NCBI GenBank assembly: GCA_963699055.1
Contig: CAVOTA010000002.1
Span: 1,036,430 to 1,100,429 of the forward strand
Length of the DNA stretch: 64,000 nt
Origin: an uncultured Acidimicrobiales bacterium
GTDB taxonomy: Bacteria; Actinomycetota; Acidimicrobiia; Acidimicrobiales; RAAP-2
Direction: 5' to 3'
Each line of letters starts with the position of its first letter. Within the stretch, counting starts at the first letter, position 1. The notes beneath the pieces were generated by a model. That model saw nothing but the letters and a program-made list of their open reading frames with translations. It was not told the origin of the DNA and did not search any database. Shown here in pieces: positions 1-12,080 of this stretch. The translations under genes and the position numbers were made by a program.

Positions 1-2715
<2,715 letters not shown>

Positions 2716-2719
2716 CGTC

Positions 2720-3909
2720 CTAGTTTCGCAGGCGCTCGACGACCTGCGGTACCCGGTGCAGCGCATGGGCCACATCGTCGTCGGTGGTCGTGACACCGAG
2801 CGAGAACCGGACCCCGGACGCGGCGGCCACCGGGTCGAGGCCGAGGGCGGCCAGCACCCGGCTCGGCTCGACGGCCCCGCTGGAGCACGCCGCACCGGCC
2901 GAGGCGGCGATCCCGGCCTCGTCGAGCAGCACGACGGCGGCCTCGGACTCGACGCCGTCGAGGCGCACGTGCAGGATGCCGGCCACCCGGTGGGCCCGCG
3001 CCCCGACTCGACGAGTCCGGGGACGCACCGGGCCAGTCCGTCACCCAGCCGGTCGCGCAGGGCCCGCACCCGGGGCACGTCGAGGGCGGACCCGGCCACG
3101 GTGGCCTCCATCGCGGCGGCCAGACCCACCGCGCCGGCCACGTTCGGCGTGCCGCTGCGGCGGCCGCGCTCCTGACCGCCACCGGCCATCCGGGGGTGCA
3201 CGGCGGCACCGCGTCGCAGCACCAGCGCCCCCGCTCCCTTGGGTCCGCCGAACTTGTGGGCGCTGACCGACACCAGGTCGGCCGGGGCGGTGACCACGGC
3301 GGTGTCCAACCACGGGACCGCCTGGACGGCGTCGGTGTGCAGGATCGCCCCGGGGGACCGTTCCCGCACCACGGCCGCCACCGCGTCGAGGGGCTGGACG
3401 GTCCCGAGCTCGTTGTTGACGGTCATGACCGACACCAGGCGGACGTCGGCGGTGCAGGCGGCGGCCAGTCCGTCGAGGTCGACCCTGCCCCACCGGTCGA
3501 CGGGCACCAGGCGGAGCGCCGCGCCGGTCCGGGCGGCCAGGGCCCGGCACGCCTCGAGCACGGCGGGGTGCTCGATGGCCGAGCACACCACCGCGCCGGG
3601 TCCCGCCCCGGTGCCGGCTGCACCCACTGCGGCGGCCCACCCGCCCAGGACGGCGAGGTCGTCGGCCTCGGTGCCCCCCGAGGTCAGGACCACGTCGCCG
3701 GGACCGGCGCCGAGCAGCTCGGCGATCCGGTCGCGGGCGTCGTCGAGGGCGGAGCGGACCCGCCGTGACTCGGCGTGGGCGCCCGACGGGTTGGCGAACC
3801 GGTCCGTCAGGAACGGCAGCATGGCGTCGAGCACCCCGGGCCGCAGCGGGGTGGTGGCGGCGTGGTCGAGGTAGGTGCGACGCTCCCCCGCCCCGGGGTC
3901 CGCCGTCAC
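2720..3909 (-). CDS. IscS/NifS-like cysteine desulfurase, reading frame interrupted near 2998-3006 (one base apparently missing)
   Basis: The N-terminal ~300 aa (YLDHAATTP, SAHKFGGPKG PLP-lysine motif) lie in the frame starting at 3909. The C-terminal ~95 aa (HVRLDGVESEAAVVLLDEAGIAASAGAACSSG, active-site Cys loop) lie in the frame of ORF 2720..3028. The junction falls in GGGGCGCGGGCCC. Confidence 0.85.
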
Positions 3910-3942
3910 GGGTGCCCGGTCACCGGGCGGAGCCGGGCACCA

Positions 3943-5346
3943 TCAGGCGATCCAGACCGACTTCACGTTGCAGAACTCGTGGAGCCCGTAGGAGCCGAGC
4001 TCGCGGCCGATGCCGGACGCCTTGATGCCACCGAAGGGCAGCTGGGGCATCGACACCGTCATGCCGTTCACGAACACCTGACCCGCGGCCAGACCGACGG
4101 CGAACCGCTGCTGTTCGTCGGGGTCGGTGGTCCACACGCTCGAGCCGAGGCCGAACTCGGTGTCGTTGGCCACCGCCAGCGCCTCGTCGGCGTCGGCCAC
4201 CGTGTAGAGGAGGGCCACGGGTCCGAAGACCTCCTCGGTGGCGACGCGCATGCCCGGGCGGATGTCGGTGACCACGGTCGGCGCGTAGAACGCCCCGGGG
4301 TGGTCGGGTCCGGCCGGGCCCACGACGCGCCGGCCGCCGCACAGGACCGTCGCCCCCTTGGCCCGGGCGTCCTCCACCTGGGCCTCGACGGTGTCGACGG
4401 CGGCGGTGTTGATCAGCGGTCCGACCTCGGTGGCCGGGTCGAAGGGGTCCCCGACCGACAGGGCCGCCATGGCCTCCACGAACCGCCCGGTGAACTCCTC
4501 GGCCACGTCGGCGTGGACGATGAACCGCTTGGCGGCGATGCACGACTGCCCGCCGTTCTGCACCCGCGCCTGGACGGCCGTGGGCACGGCCCGGTCGAGG
4601 TCGGCCGAGGGCAGCACGACGAACGGGTCGCTGCCGCCGAGCTCGAGCACGACCTTCTTGCCGGCCGCACCGGCCTGGGCGGCGACCGCCCGGCCGGCGC
4701 CGACGCTGCCGGTCAGGGTCACCGCGGCCACCCGGTCGTCGGCGATGACGGCCGGCACCTGGTCGGTCCCGATGAGCAGCGTCTGCAGCAGCCCGACCGG
4801 GGCGCCCGCCCGCCGGAAGAGGTCCTCGAGGAGCAGGGCGGTGCGGGGCACGCTCGGTGCGTGCTTCAGCAGCCCCACGTTGCCGACCATCACGGCGGGG
4901 GCCAGGAAGCGCACGACCTGCCACAGCGGGAAGTTCCACGGCATGATGGCGAGCACGGCGCCGATCGGCTGGTAGGTCACCAGGCCGAGCGATGCGTCGA
5001 CGGGCACCTCCTTGTCCTGCAGCATGTCCTCGGCGTGCTCGGCGAACCACCGGAACCCGCTGGCGCACTTGGCCACCTCGCCCTTGGCCTGGGCGAAGGG
5101 CTTGCCCATCTCGGTGGTGATGACGTGGGCGATGTCGGGGACCTCGCCCTCGAGCAGCTCGGCGACGGTCACCAGCAGGCGGGAGCGCTCGGTGAACGAG
5201 GTGGTGGACCACGTCGCCGCGCACGACGCGGCGGCGGCCAGGCACTCCTCGACACGGACGGCGTCGAAGGGCTCGAACGACTCGAGCAGCTCGCCGGTGG
5301 CGGGGTTGACGGTGGCGATGGGGGGACCGAAGTCAGCAGGGCGCAT
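3943..5346 (-). CDS. NAD(P)+-dependent aldehyde dehydrogenase, GabD-like succinate-semialdehyde dehydrogenase
   Basis: This is the C-terminal 467 aa of track ORF 3943..6612, starting at ATG 5346 (MRPADFGPPIATVNPATGE). ALDH motifs are present: IMPWNFPLWQV, LELGGSDP, NGGQSCIAAKR, PFGGIKASGIGRE. Confidence 0.88.
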   Translation of the reverse strand: MRPADFGPPIATVNPATGELLESFEPFDAVRVEECLAAAASCAATWSTTSFTERSRLLVTVAELLEGEVPDIAHVITTEMGKPFAQAKGEVAKCASGFRWFAEHAEDMLQDKEVPVDASLGLVTYQPIGAVLAIMPWNFPLWQVVRFLAPAVMVGNVGLLKHAPSVPRTALLLEDLFRRAGAPVGLLQTLLIGTDQVPAVIADDRVAAVTLTGSVGAGRAVAAQAGAAGKKVVLELGGSDPFVVLPSADLDRAVPTAVQARVQNGGQSCIAAKRFIVHADVAEEFTGRFVEAMAALSVGDPFDPATEVGPLINTAAVDTVEAQVEDARAKGATVLCGGRRVVGPAGPDHPGAFYAPTVVTDIRPGMRVATEEVFGPVALLYTVADADEALAVANDTEFGLGSSVWTTDPDEQQRFAVGLAAGQVFVNGMTVSMPQLPFGGIKASGIGRELGSYGLHEFCNVKSVWIA

Positions 5347-5378
5347 GGCGACCAGTATCGCCCATGGGCACGGGCCGC

Positions 5379-6755
5379 TCACCCCGTGCCCGGTGCGCCG
5401 CCCTCCAGGCCGAGCACTCCAGGCAGTGCCAGCCGGCGCACCTTGCCGGTGGCCGTGCGGGGCAGGGACGGGGCCAGCGCGTACTGCTTCGGTCGCTTGT
5501 ACCCGGCCAGGTGGGAGGCGGCGTGGGCGGCCAGCGCGTCGAGCACCGCCCCTCCGGCGCCGTCGTCGGCCACCACTGCGGCGCACACCCGCTGACCCCA
5601 CTCCTCGTCGGGTACCCCGAAGACGGCCACCTCCCGGACGCCGGGCACGTCGGCCAGGACCGCCTCCACCTCGGCCGGATACACGTTCACCCCGCCGGTG
5701 ATCACCAGGTCGTCGCGCCGTCCGTCCAGGTAGAGGTAGCCCCCGTCGTCCAGCCGGCCGAGGTCGCCCACCGAGAACCACCCGTCCCGCCACACCGCCG
5801 CCGTCCGGTCCGGGTCGCGCCAGTAGGCGAACCGGCCGAACCCGGGCGGTCGGCACCACACGGTGCCGTCGGGGTCCACGGCGAGCGTGCGCCCGGGTCG
5901 GGCCCGGCCGACGGTGCCCGGGCGCTCGAGCCACTCCCCGGGGGAGCACACCGTGAACTGGCCCTCGGTCGACCCGTAGAACTCCCACAGGGCGCCGTCG
6001 GGCACCACCGCCAGCGCCGCCCGCTTGAGCGCGGGCGGACACGGCGATCCGGCGTGCACCAGCAGCCGCAGCCGGGCGAACCGGTCGGGCCCGTTGTCGG
6101 GCAGGGCCAGCAGCCGGGTGAGGGCGGACGGGGCGAGGAAGGTGGTGGTGGGGAGCGGCCCGGCGGCGCCGTCCAGCGCGTCGGCGGCCGTGGCGGCGTC
6201 GAAGTGGCCGAGGACCACGCACGTCCCGCCGCGGAGCAGTGTGCCCCCGGCGAATCGCACCGACACCGAGTGGTACATCGGTGAGCACACCAGGTGGACG
6301 TCGTCGGGTCCGAACCCCCACTGGTCGGCCTCGTCGGCGAGGGCGGCGTCGGCCGTCGCCCGGTCCCACACCCCCGACCACACCCCCTTGGCCCGTCCCG
6401 TGGTGCCCGACGTGTAGTGCATGGGTCGGGCCAGCGGGCACGGGGCGAGCGTCGCCTCGTGGCCACGGTCGAGCCGGGCCAGTGCGTCGGGGTCGCCGAC
6501 CACGAGCGCGGGATCGGCGTCGCCGACGAGGAGTTCCCGCTCGGCCGCCAGCAAGGTGGCGTTCAACAGCACGGGCACGATCCCGGTGCGGAGGGCACCG
6601 AGCACGGCGCACAGCAGGGCGGCCGAGGACGGCAGGCAGAACACGACCCGGTCGCCGACCGACAGCCCGGCGGCGGCCAGTGCCCCCGCCGCCCGGCGCT
6701 GGCGGACCTCGGCGTCGGCTGCGTTCAGCACCTCGACGACCGGGGCGCCGGTCAC
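5379..6755 (-). CDS. AMP-dependent acyl-CoA synthetase/ligase
   Basis: ORF 5379..6755. It carries the adenylate-forming motifs YTSGTTGRAKGV, EFYGSTEG, WFSVGDLGRLDDGGYLYLDGRRDDLVITGGVNVYP and PRTATGKV. Confidence 0.88.
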   Translation of the reverse strand: MTGAPVVEVLNAADAEVRQRRAAGALAAAGLSVGDRVVFCLPSSAALLCAVLGALRTGIVPVLLNATLLAAERELLVGDADPALVVGDPDALARLDRGHEATLAPCPLARPMHYTSGTTGRAKGVWSGVWDRATADAALADEADQWGFGPDDVHLVCSPMYHSVSVRFAGGTLLRGGTCVVLGHFDAATAADALDGAAGPLPTTTFLAPSALTRLLALPDNGPDRFARLRLLVHAGSPCPPALKRAALAVVPDGALWEFYGSTEGQFTVCSPGEWLERPGTVGRARPGRTLAVDPDGTVWCRPPGFGRFAYWRDPDRTAAVWRDGWFSVGDLGRLDDGGYLYLDGRRDDLVITGGVNVYPAEVEAVLADVPGVREVAVFGVPDEEWGQRVCAAVVADDGAGGAVLDALAAHAASHLAGYKRPKQYALAPSLPRTATGKVRRLALPGVLGLEGGAPGTG

Positions 6756-6765
6756 GGTCGACCGC

Positions 6766-8058
6766 TCACGGCGTCCCCCCGGCCGGCGCCCCCCGCACGG
6801 GCACGGATGCCCCCACCGCCGGCGCCGGGTCGCCGAGGTTGGTGAAGATGCCGGGGCGGGCCACGGCGGCCAGGACGGCCAGGGCGAGGAGGGCGACGGC
6901 GCCCCCGACGGTGACCGCCCGGATCCCGTGGGCCGTCGCCAGCCAGCCCTGGACGACGGCCCCTACCGGGTACACGAGGCCGAGGGCCATCATGTAGATG
7001 CTGAGGATGCGGCCCCGGGACTCGACCGGGGCCCGCAGCTGCACCACCGTGTTGAGCCCGGACAGCACGACGATGTAGGCGGCGCCGACGGCCACGAAGG
7101 CGGGCACGGCCAGGGCGAGGGTGGGGGCCAGCGCGTACCCGCACAGCAGCACCGGCACCGTGAAGATGGCGGTCCGCAGGACCGCCAGACGCCCGAACCG
7201 CTCGGCCAGCCCGGCGAGCGACAGGGCACCGACGACCGCGCCCACCCCCTGGGCGGTGATGAGGACGGCCGTGGTGACGCTCAGGCTCCACCCCACGGGT
7301 TCCACGACGTGGGCCATGGCCGGCACCAGTGCGATGAACGGCGAGGCCAGCAGGGCCACCACGGCGATGCAGGCGATGGCGGACCGGCAGCCCGGCTCGG
7401 CCATGGCCGCCCGGGCGCCCTCGGCGATGCGCGCCGCCATGGACGCTCCGCCGGTCTGGGGCACCGGCTTGGGCAGCTGCACCAGCACCAGGGCGACGAC
7501 CACGGCCCCGAAGGAGAGGGCGTTGATGCCGAAGACGACGGCGTAATTGCGGGTGAGCAGGACCAGCCCGGCGATGGCCGGGCCGATGACCCGGCCGAGG
7601 TTGAACTGCGCCGACGAGAGCGACACCGCCCCGAGCAGGTCGGCTTTGGGCACCAGGTCGGGGACCATGGCCTGGTAGGCGGGGAACCCGATCGCCCCCG
7701 CCGCCCCACCCAGGAACGAGAGGAGGACCAGCACGGCGGGCGGGTCGTGGTGGAGTCCGACCAGTACGGCCAGGACGACGGCGAAGCACGTTTCCGCCAG
7801 GGTGGTGACGATCAGCCAACGGCGACGGTCCAGCCGGTCGGCCAGGGCGCCTCCGACCGGGGCGAGCAGACCGATGGGTACGAAGCCGGCGGCGGCCACC
7901 AGGCCGGCCCAGCCCGCCCCCGCGTGCCCGGTGCGCGAGAAGACGAGCACCCCCAGGGCGACCGTCTGCATCCACGAGCCCAGGTTGGAGACGAGGGCGG
8001 CCGACCAGATGAGGGCGAAGTTCCGCGAGCGGAGCGGGCGGAGCGAAGCCAGGGCCAC
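6766..8058 (-). CDS. MFS transporter
   Basis: ORF 6766..8058 with a GTG start. It is a hydrophobic 12-TM-like protein with the MFS loop motif GALADRLDRRRW. Confidence 0.82.
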   Translation of the reverse strand: MALASLRPLRSRNFALIWSAALVSNLGSWMQTVALGVLVFSRTGHAGAGWAGLVAAAGFVPIGLLAPVGGALADRLDRRRWLIVTTLAETCFAVVLAVLVGLHHDPPAVLVLLSFLGGAAGAIGFPAYQAMVPDLVPKADLLGAVSLSSAQFNLGRVIGPAIAGLVLLTRNYAVVFGINALSFGAVVVALVLVQLPKPVPQTGGASMAARIAEGARAAMAEPGCRSAIACIAVVALLASPFIALVPAMAHVVEPVGWSLSVTTAVLITAQGVGAVVGALSLAGLAERFGRLAVLRTAIFTVPVLLCGYALAPTLALAVPAFVAVGAAYIVVLSGLNTVVQLRAPVESRGRILSIYMMALGLVYPVGAVVQGWLATAHGIRAVTVGGAVALLALAVLAAVARPGIFTNLGDPAPAVGASVPVRGAPAGGTP

Positions 8059-8105
8059 CGCGCCAGGCTACCGGCGCGATCGGCGGCCGGGTCCGGGGCC
8101 GGGAG

Positions 8106-8225
8106 CTACTTCTCCAGCTTCACCTTGCGTCGGGGACGCAGTGCGAACCACCAGATGCTGGCCATGGTGGCCAGCACCCCGAAGGCGGCGGCCGGCTTGG
8201 CGATCTTGCGGGTGCGGTCGGACAT
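8106..8225 (-). CDS. Small hypothetical membrane protein (39 aa)
   Basis: Own translation gives MSDRTRKIAKPAAAFGVLATMASIWWFALRPRRKVKLEK. It has one hydrophobic helix flanked by basic residues. No family is recognised. Confidence 0.3.
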   Translation of the reverse strand: MSDRTRKIAKPAAAFGVLATMASIWWFALRPRRKVKLEK

Positions 8226-8327
8226 GCCCCGACGTTACCCGGACGGCCCCGTTCTCACCTTCTTCTTCCGATCTTCTTCCGGTTCTCCTACCGCCGCCTT
8301 GGGTTCCCCTTAGGGACGTCCCGCAGC

Positions 8328-8741
8328 ATGGAGGACATGCACGGGAGCACCTTCCGCAACTCGAGGACCGAACGGGAGCGCCGACGCGCCACCGGGCCCG
8401 TCCTCACGGTCGTCCACGGCGGCGACGGACTCCCCGCACCCACGCGTGTCGCCCCTCGCGCCCACCCGGCGTTCGAGGGCTTCACACCTGACGGCCTCCC
8501 GGGCGACCACGCCCGGGCCGCCGTCCACAGTTCCGGACCGGAGGCAACGTCCGGCCGCACGACGTCGAGGGGCAACACCTCACCCGGCGTCCGCGGCCCG
8601 GTGCACTCCGGTCCGGGCCCGCACGTCCCCCAGGCGGAGCTGGTCCGGCGCATCGCCGACCAGCTGGCCGCCTTCGACGCCGACCGTGCCGCACCCACCG
8701 GCACGGGCCCGGCCGCCACGGTGGTCCGGCTCCACCGGTAG
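8328..8741 (+). CDS. Hypothetical protein
   Basis: ORF 8328..8741 with an ATG start and G/C-ending codons typical of the local coding bias. No motif is recognised. Confidence 0.4.
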   Translation: MEDMHGSTFRNSRTERERRRATGPVLTVVHGGDGLPAPTRVAPRAHPAFEGFTPDGLPGDHARAAVHSSGPEATSGRTTSRGNTSPGVRGPVHSGPGPHVPQAELVRRIADQLAAFDADRAAPTGTGPAATVVRLHR

Positions 8742-8810
8742 TCGGACGCCGCGCTGCTCCGGCTCCGTCCACCGGGGTCCCGCTCCACGGTGCCCCTGTC
8801 AGGGTTGGCG

Positions 8811-9638
8811 TCAGCCGGAACGACGGGGCTCGTCGGGAACCCGGTAGGCGACGGATCCCCGGCCGGCGGCAGGGACGAGCCGGCTGACCGGGTCGACGCA
8901 CCGGTCGAGGATCGAGCGGGCCACCCATGCCGTCGAGGCGAACGCCCCCTCGGCGCGCAACGCCCGGAAGCGGGCGACGGCGGGGAAGTCCTCGTCCGGG
9001 GTGGACCGGATGAGCGCCTGCATGTCGGTGTCCACGACACCCGGGGCCACCGCGTACGCCCGCAGGCCGGACGCCTGCTCCTCCAGTCCCACCACCTCGG
9101 TGAGCATCTCCACCGCCGCCTTCGAGGCACAGTAGGCGGCCCAGCCCCGGTAGGCCGACGTGGCCGCGCCCGACGACAGGTTGACCAGGGTCCCTTCGCC
9201 CGGTCGGCGGCGCACGTGCCGGGCGAAGGCGGCCGTGCCCCAGGCGACACCCAGCACGTTGACGGCCACGTGCGCCGCCACCGCGGCCGGGTCGGCCTCG
9301 GCCAGCGGACCGATCGGGCCGAGCACCCCGGCGTTGTTGACCCACAGGTCGATCCGACCGAAGCGGTCGACCACGGCGTCGGCGAAGGCGTCCACCGCGC
9401 CGACCTCCGTCACGTCCACGGCGCCGGCCAGCCCGTCGGCCCCGACCGGCACCGCCGGGACGGTCCGTGCACACAGCCCGAGGCGGAGGCCCTCACCGGC
9501 GAAGTGGTCGGCCAGTCCCGCCCCGATGCCCCGGCTGGCGCCGGTGACCACGGCGACCAGTCCCCGATAGGGCCCGCCCGGGACCTGCTCCCCCGGGACC
9601 TGCCCCGTCCCGTCCCCGGGATCGCGCCCGCCGGCCAC
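8811..9638 (-). CDS. Short-chain dehydrogenase/reductase (SDR)
   Basis: ORF 8811..9713. It carries VVTGASRGIG (TGxxxGxG), NNAG and YCASKAAVE (YxxxK). I chose the GTG at 9638, 5 nt after the upstream stop at 9643; the start is uncertain. Confidence 0.82.
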   Translation of the reverse strand: MAGGRDPGDGTGQVPGEQVPGGPYRGLVAVVTGASRGIGAGLADHFAGEGLRLGLCARTVPAVPVGADGLAGAVDVTEVGAVDAFADAVVDRFGRIDLWVNNAGVLGPIGPLAEADPAAVAAHVAVNVLGVAWGTAAFARHVRRRPGEGTLVNLSSGAATSAYRGWAAYCASKAAVEMLTEVVGLEEQASGLRAYAVAPGVVDTDMQALIRSTPDEDFPAVARFRALRAEGAFASTAWVARSILDRCVDPVSRLVPAAGRGSVAYRVPDEPRRSG

Positions 9639-9642
9639 GTCG

Positions 9643-11031
9643 TCAGTCCACCGTCGACACGAAGACGTTCTTGACCTCGCTGTACGACGACAGCGCCTCG
9701 AGGCCGAGCTCACGTCCGAAGCCCGACTGCTTCATGCCGCCGAAGCTGGTCTGGACGCGCACGGAGCTGTTGGAGTTGACCGACAGGTTGCCGGCCCGGA
9801 CGGCGCGGGCCATGCGCAGCGACCGGGCGCCGTCCCGCGTCCAGATGGAGCCCGACAGCCCGTAGGGGGTGTCGTTGGCCAGGCGCACGGCCTCCTCCTC
9901 GTCGTCGAAGGGGATGACGGCCACGATGGGACCGAAGATCTCCTCACGCGCCATCCGCCACTGCGGGTCGGCCGGCGCCACGACCGTCGGGGGGAACCAG
10001 AACCCGGGCCCGTCGGGGACCCCTCCGGCGGTGTGGGCCGGCACCGGTCCACCGGGGGCACCCATGCCCTCCTCGAGGAAGGAGGCCACCACGCCCCGGT
10101 GGGCGGCGGTGACCATGGGGCCCATCTTGGAGTCGGGATCGGTCGGGTCGCCGACCGTCCACGCCAGCACGGCGTCGGCCAGCAGGTCCAGGAACTCGTC
10201 GAGGGCGGGGCGCTGCACCAGGATGCGGCTGCGGGCGCAGCAGTCCTGCCCCCCGTTGGCGAACACGCCCCCGGGGGCGGCCGCCGCCGCCTTGGCCAGA
10301 TCGGCGTCGGCGAAGACCACGGAGGCCGACTTGCCGCCGAGTTCCAGGGTGACCCGCTTGATGGTCCCCGAGGCGCGGGCCATGACCTCGCGGCCCACCT
10401 CGGTCGACCCGGTGAAGGCGACCTTGTCCACGTCGGGGTGCTCGGCCAGCCGGGTCCCGACGACCGAGCCCTTGCCGGTCACGACCTGGAGCACGCCCTC
10501 GGGCAGACCGGCCTCGAGGCCGAGCTCGGCCAGGCGCAGGGCGGTCAGCGGGGTGATCTCGGCCGGCTTGACCACGATGGTGTTGCCGGTGGCGAGGGCG
10601 GGTCCGACCTTCCAGGAGGTGATGGCGACGGGGAAGTTCCACGGCACGATCGCCCCCACCACGCCCAACGGCTCGTGGAACGTCATGTCGACGCCACCGG
10701 CCACGGGCACGGTGGCACCCCGGTGCTTGTCGACCGCGCCGGCGTAGAAGTAGAGGACCTCGGCCACCATGCCGACCTCGTCACGGCTCTCGGAGATGGG
10801 CTTGCCCACGTTGGCCGTCTCGAGCTGCGCCAGTTCCTCGGCGTGCTCCTCCACCTGCGCGGCGAACCGGCGCATCAGCCGGGCCCGGTCGGCCGGAGCC
10901 ACCGCCCGCCACACCGGGCCGGCCTCGACGGCGCGGGCCACGGCCTCGTCGGTCGCCTCCACCCCGTGGACGGGGACCTCGGCGATGACCTGCTCCGTGG
11001 CCGGGTTCACGACCTGGGTTGCTCCACTCAT
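9643..11031 (-). CDS. Aldehyde dehydrogenase (PuuC-like by gene context)
   Basis: ORF 9643..11031. ALDH motifs are present: IVPWNFP, LELGGKSA, NGGQDCCARSR, FGGMKQSGFGRE. Confidence 0.88.
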   Translation of the reverse strand: MSGATQVVNPATEQVIAEVPVHGVEATDEAVARAVEAGPVWRAVAPADRARLMRRFAAQVEEHAEELAQLETANVGKPISESRDEVGMVAEVLYFYAGAVDKHRGATVPVAGGVDMTFHEPLGVVGAIVPWNFPVAITSWKVGPALATGNTIVVKPAEITPLTALRLAELGLEAGLPEGVLQVVTGKGSVVGTRLAEHPDVDKVAFTGSTEVGREVMARASGTIKRVTLELGGKSASVVFADADLAKAAAAAPGGVFANGGQDCCARSRILVQRPALDEFLDLLADAVLAWTVGDPTDPDSKMGPMVTAAHRGVVASFLEEGMGAPGGPVPAHTAGGVPDGPGFWFPPTVVAPADPQWRMAREEIFGPIVAVIPFDDEEEAVRLANDTPYGLSGSIWTRDGARSLRMARAVRAGNLSVNSNSSVRVQTSFGGMKQSGFGRELGLEALSSYSEVKNVFVSTVD

Positions 11032-11199
11032 TGCTGCTCCTCGCTGGTTCTGCGCCGGGATCGGACGCTTCGTCGGTTGGCGGACGTCGGGCGGTGTGAC
11101 GGTGTGCCGGTGTGGATCCGACGGGGGACCCGGCGGTCCGGGACGGTCGTGGTCCGGCGCCGCGGGATCCGCGGCGGCGGCACGACCGAGGCCCCCGGT

Positions 11200-11982
11200 C
11201 TAGCGGGGGGCGTCCCCCGACGTGACGGGGTCGGCACCCGACCGGGAGCGGGCCGCCTCCACCAACCCCTCGAACAGCCGGAGGTCCCCGCTCTCCTCGG
11301 GATGCCACTGGACCCCCACGGCGAACGACCGGCCCAGGACCTCGACGGCCTCGACGACGCCGTCGTCGCTGCGCGCCGACACCAGGAGCGACTCGCCCAG
11401 GGCGTCGACGGCCTGGTGGTGGCTGCACAGCACGTCGGCCCGGTCACCGAGGAGCCGGTGGACGTGGGTCCCGGGCTCGCACACCACCGACACCTCGCCG
11501 AAGGCGCCGGCCGCCGGCTGGTGGCGGGTGGAGCCGAGGAGGTCGGGCAGCTGCTGGACGAGGGTCCCGCCGAACAGCACGTTCAGGATCTGGTGGCCGC
11601 GGCAGACGCAGAGGACCGGGAGGTCGCGCTCGACGGCTGCGTCCACCAGCTGGAGCTCGAGCTCGTCCCGCCGTTCGTTGACCCCGCCGTTGCGGCCGTC
11701 GGGGTCCTCACCGTACCGGGCGGCGTCCACGTCGCCACCGCCGATGACCAGCAGGCCGTCGACGGCGTCGAGCACCGGGCCCACCGCGGACGCGGTCAGT
11801 GCGGCCGGGTCCGCCTCGTCGGCCCCGACCGGCGGCACCAGCACGGGCCAGCCCCCGGCGCCGACCACCACGTCGAGGTACCCGCCGGGGACCACGGCGG
11901 CGTCCCGGTCCCACGACCACCACCGGGTGTCCTGGCGGTACGTCGTCACGGCGATGAGCGGCCGGCGAGCAGGTCTAGACAT
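11200..11982 (-). CDS. Class-I glutamine amidotransferase / gamma-glutamyl-GABA hydrolase-like (PuuD/peptidase C26 family)
   Basis: ORF 11200..12018, with ATG at 11982 (MSRPARRPLIAVT). It has the nucleophile elbow VCRGHQILNV and the His-Glu motif VQWHPE. Confidence 0.82.
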   Translation of the reverse strand: MSRPARRPLIAVTTYRQDTRWWSWDRDAAVVPGGYLDVVVGAGGWPVLVPPVGADEADPAALTASAVGPVLDAVDGLLVIGGGDVDAARYGEDPDGRNGGVNERRDELELQLVDAAVERDLPVLCVCRGHQILNVLFGGTLVQQLPDLLGSTRHQPAAGAFGEVSVVCEPGTHVHRLLGDRADVLCSHHQAVDALGESLLVSARSDDGVVEAVEVLGRSFAVGVQWHPEESGDLRLFEGLVEAARSRSGADPVTSGDAPR

Positions 11983-12080
11983 CAGCCGAGTATCCCATCT
12001 GCGGACCGGCCCCCGCACCGACCCGGCCGCCGGAGGTGGCGGTGGTGGACGACCGGCCCCGATTGGGCCAGAGTGCAGGG

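Noticed and set aside
3943-6612. 889-aa ORF extending the aldehyde dehydrogenase upstream
   Set aside because: The N-terminal 420 aa are Arg/Gly/Pro-rich and overlap the well-supported acyl-CoA synthetase (5379..6755) in another frame. The real ALDH starts at ATG 5346.
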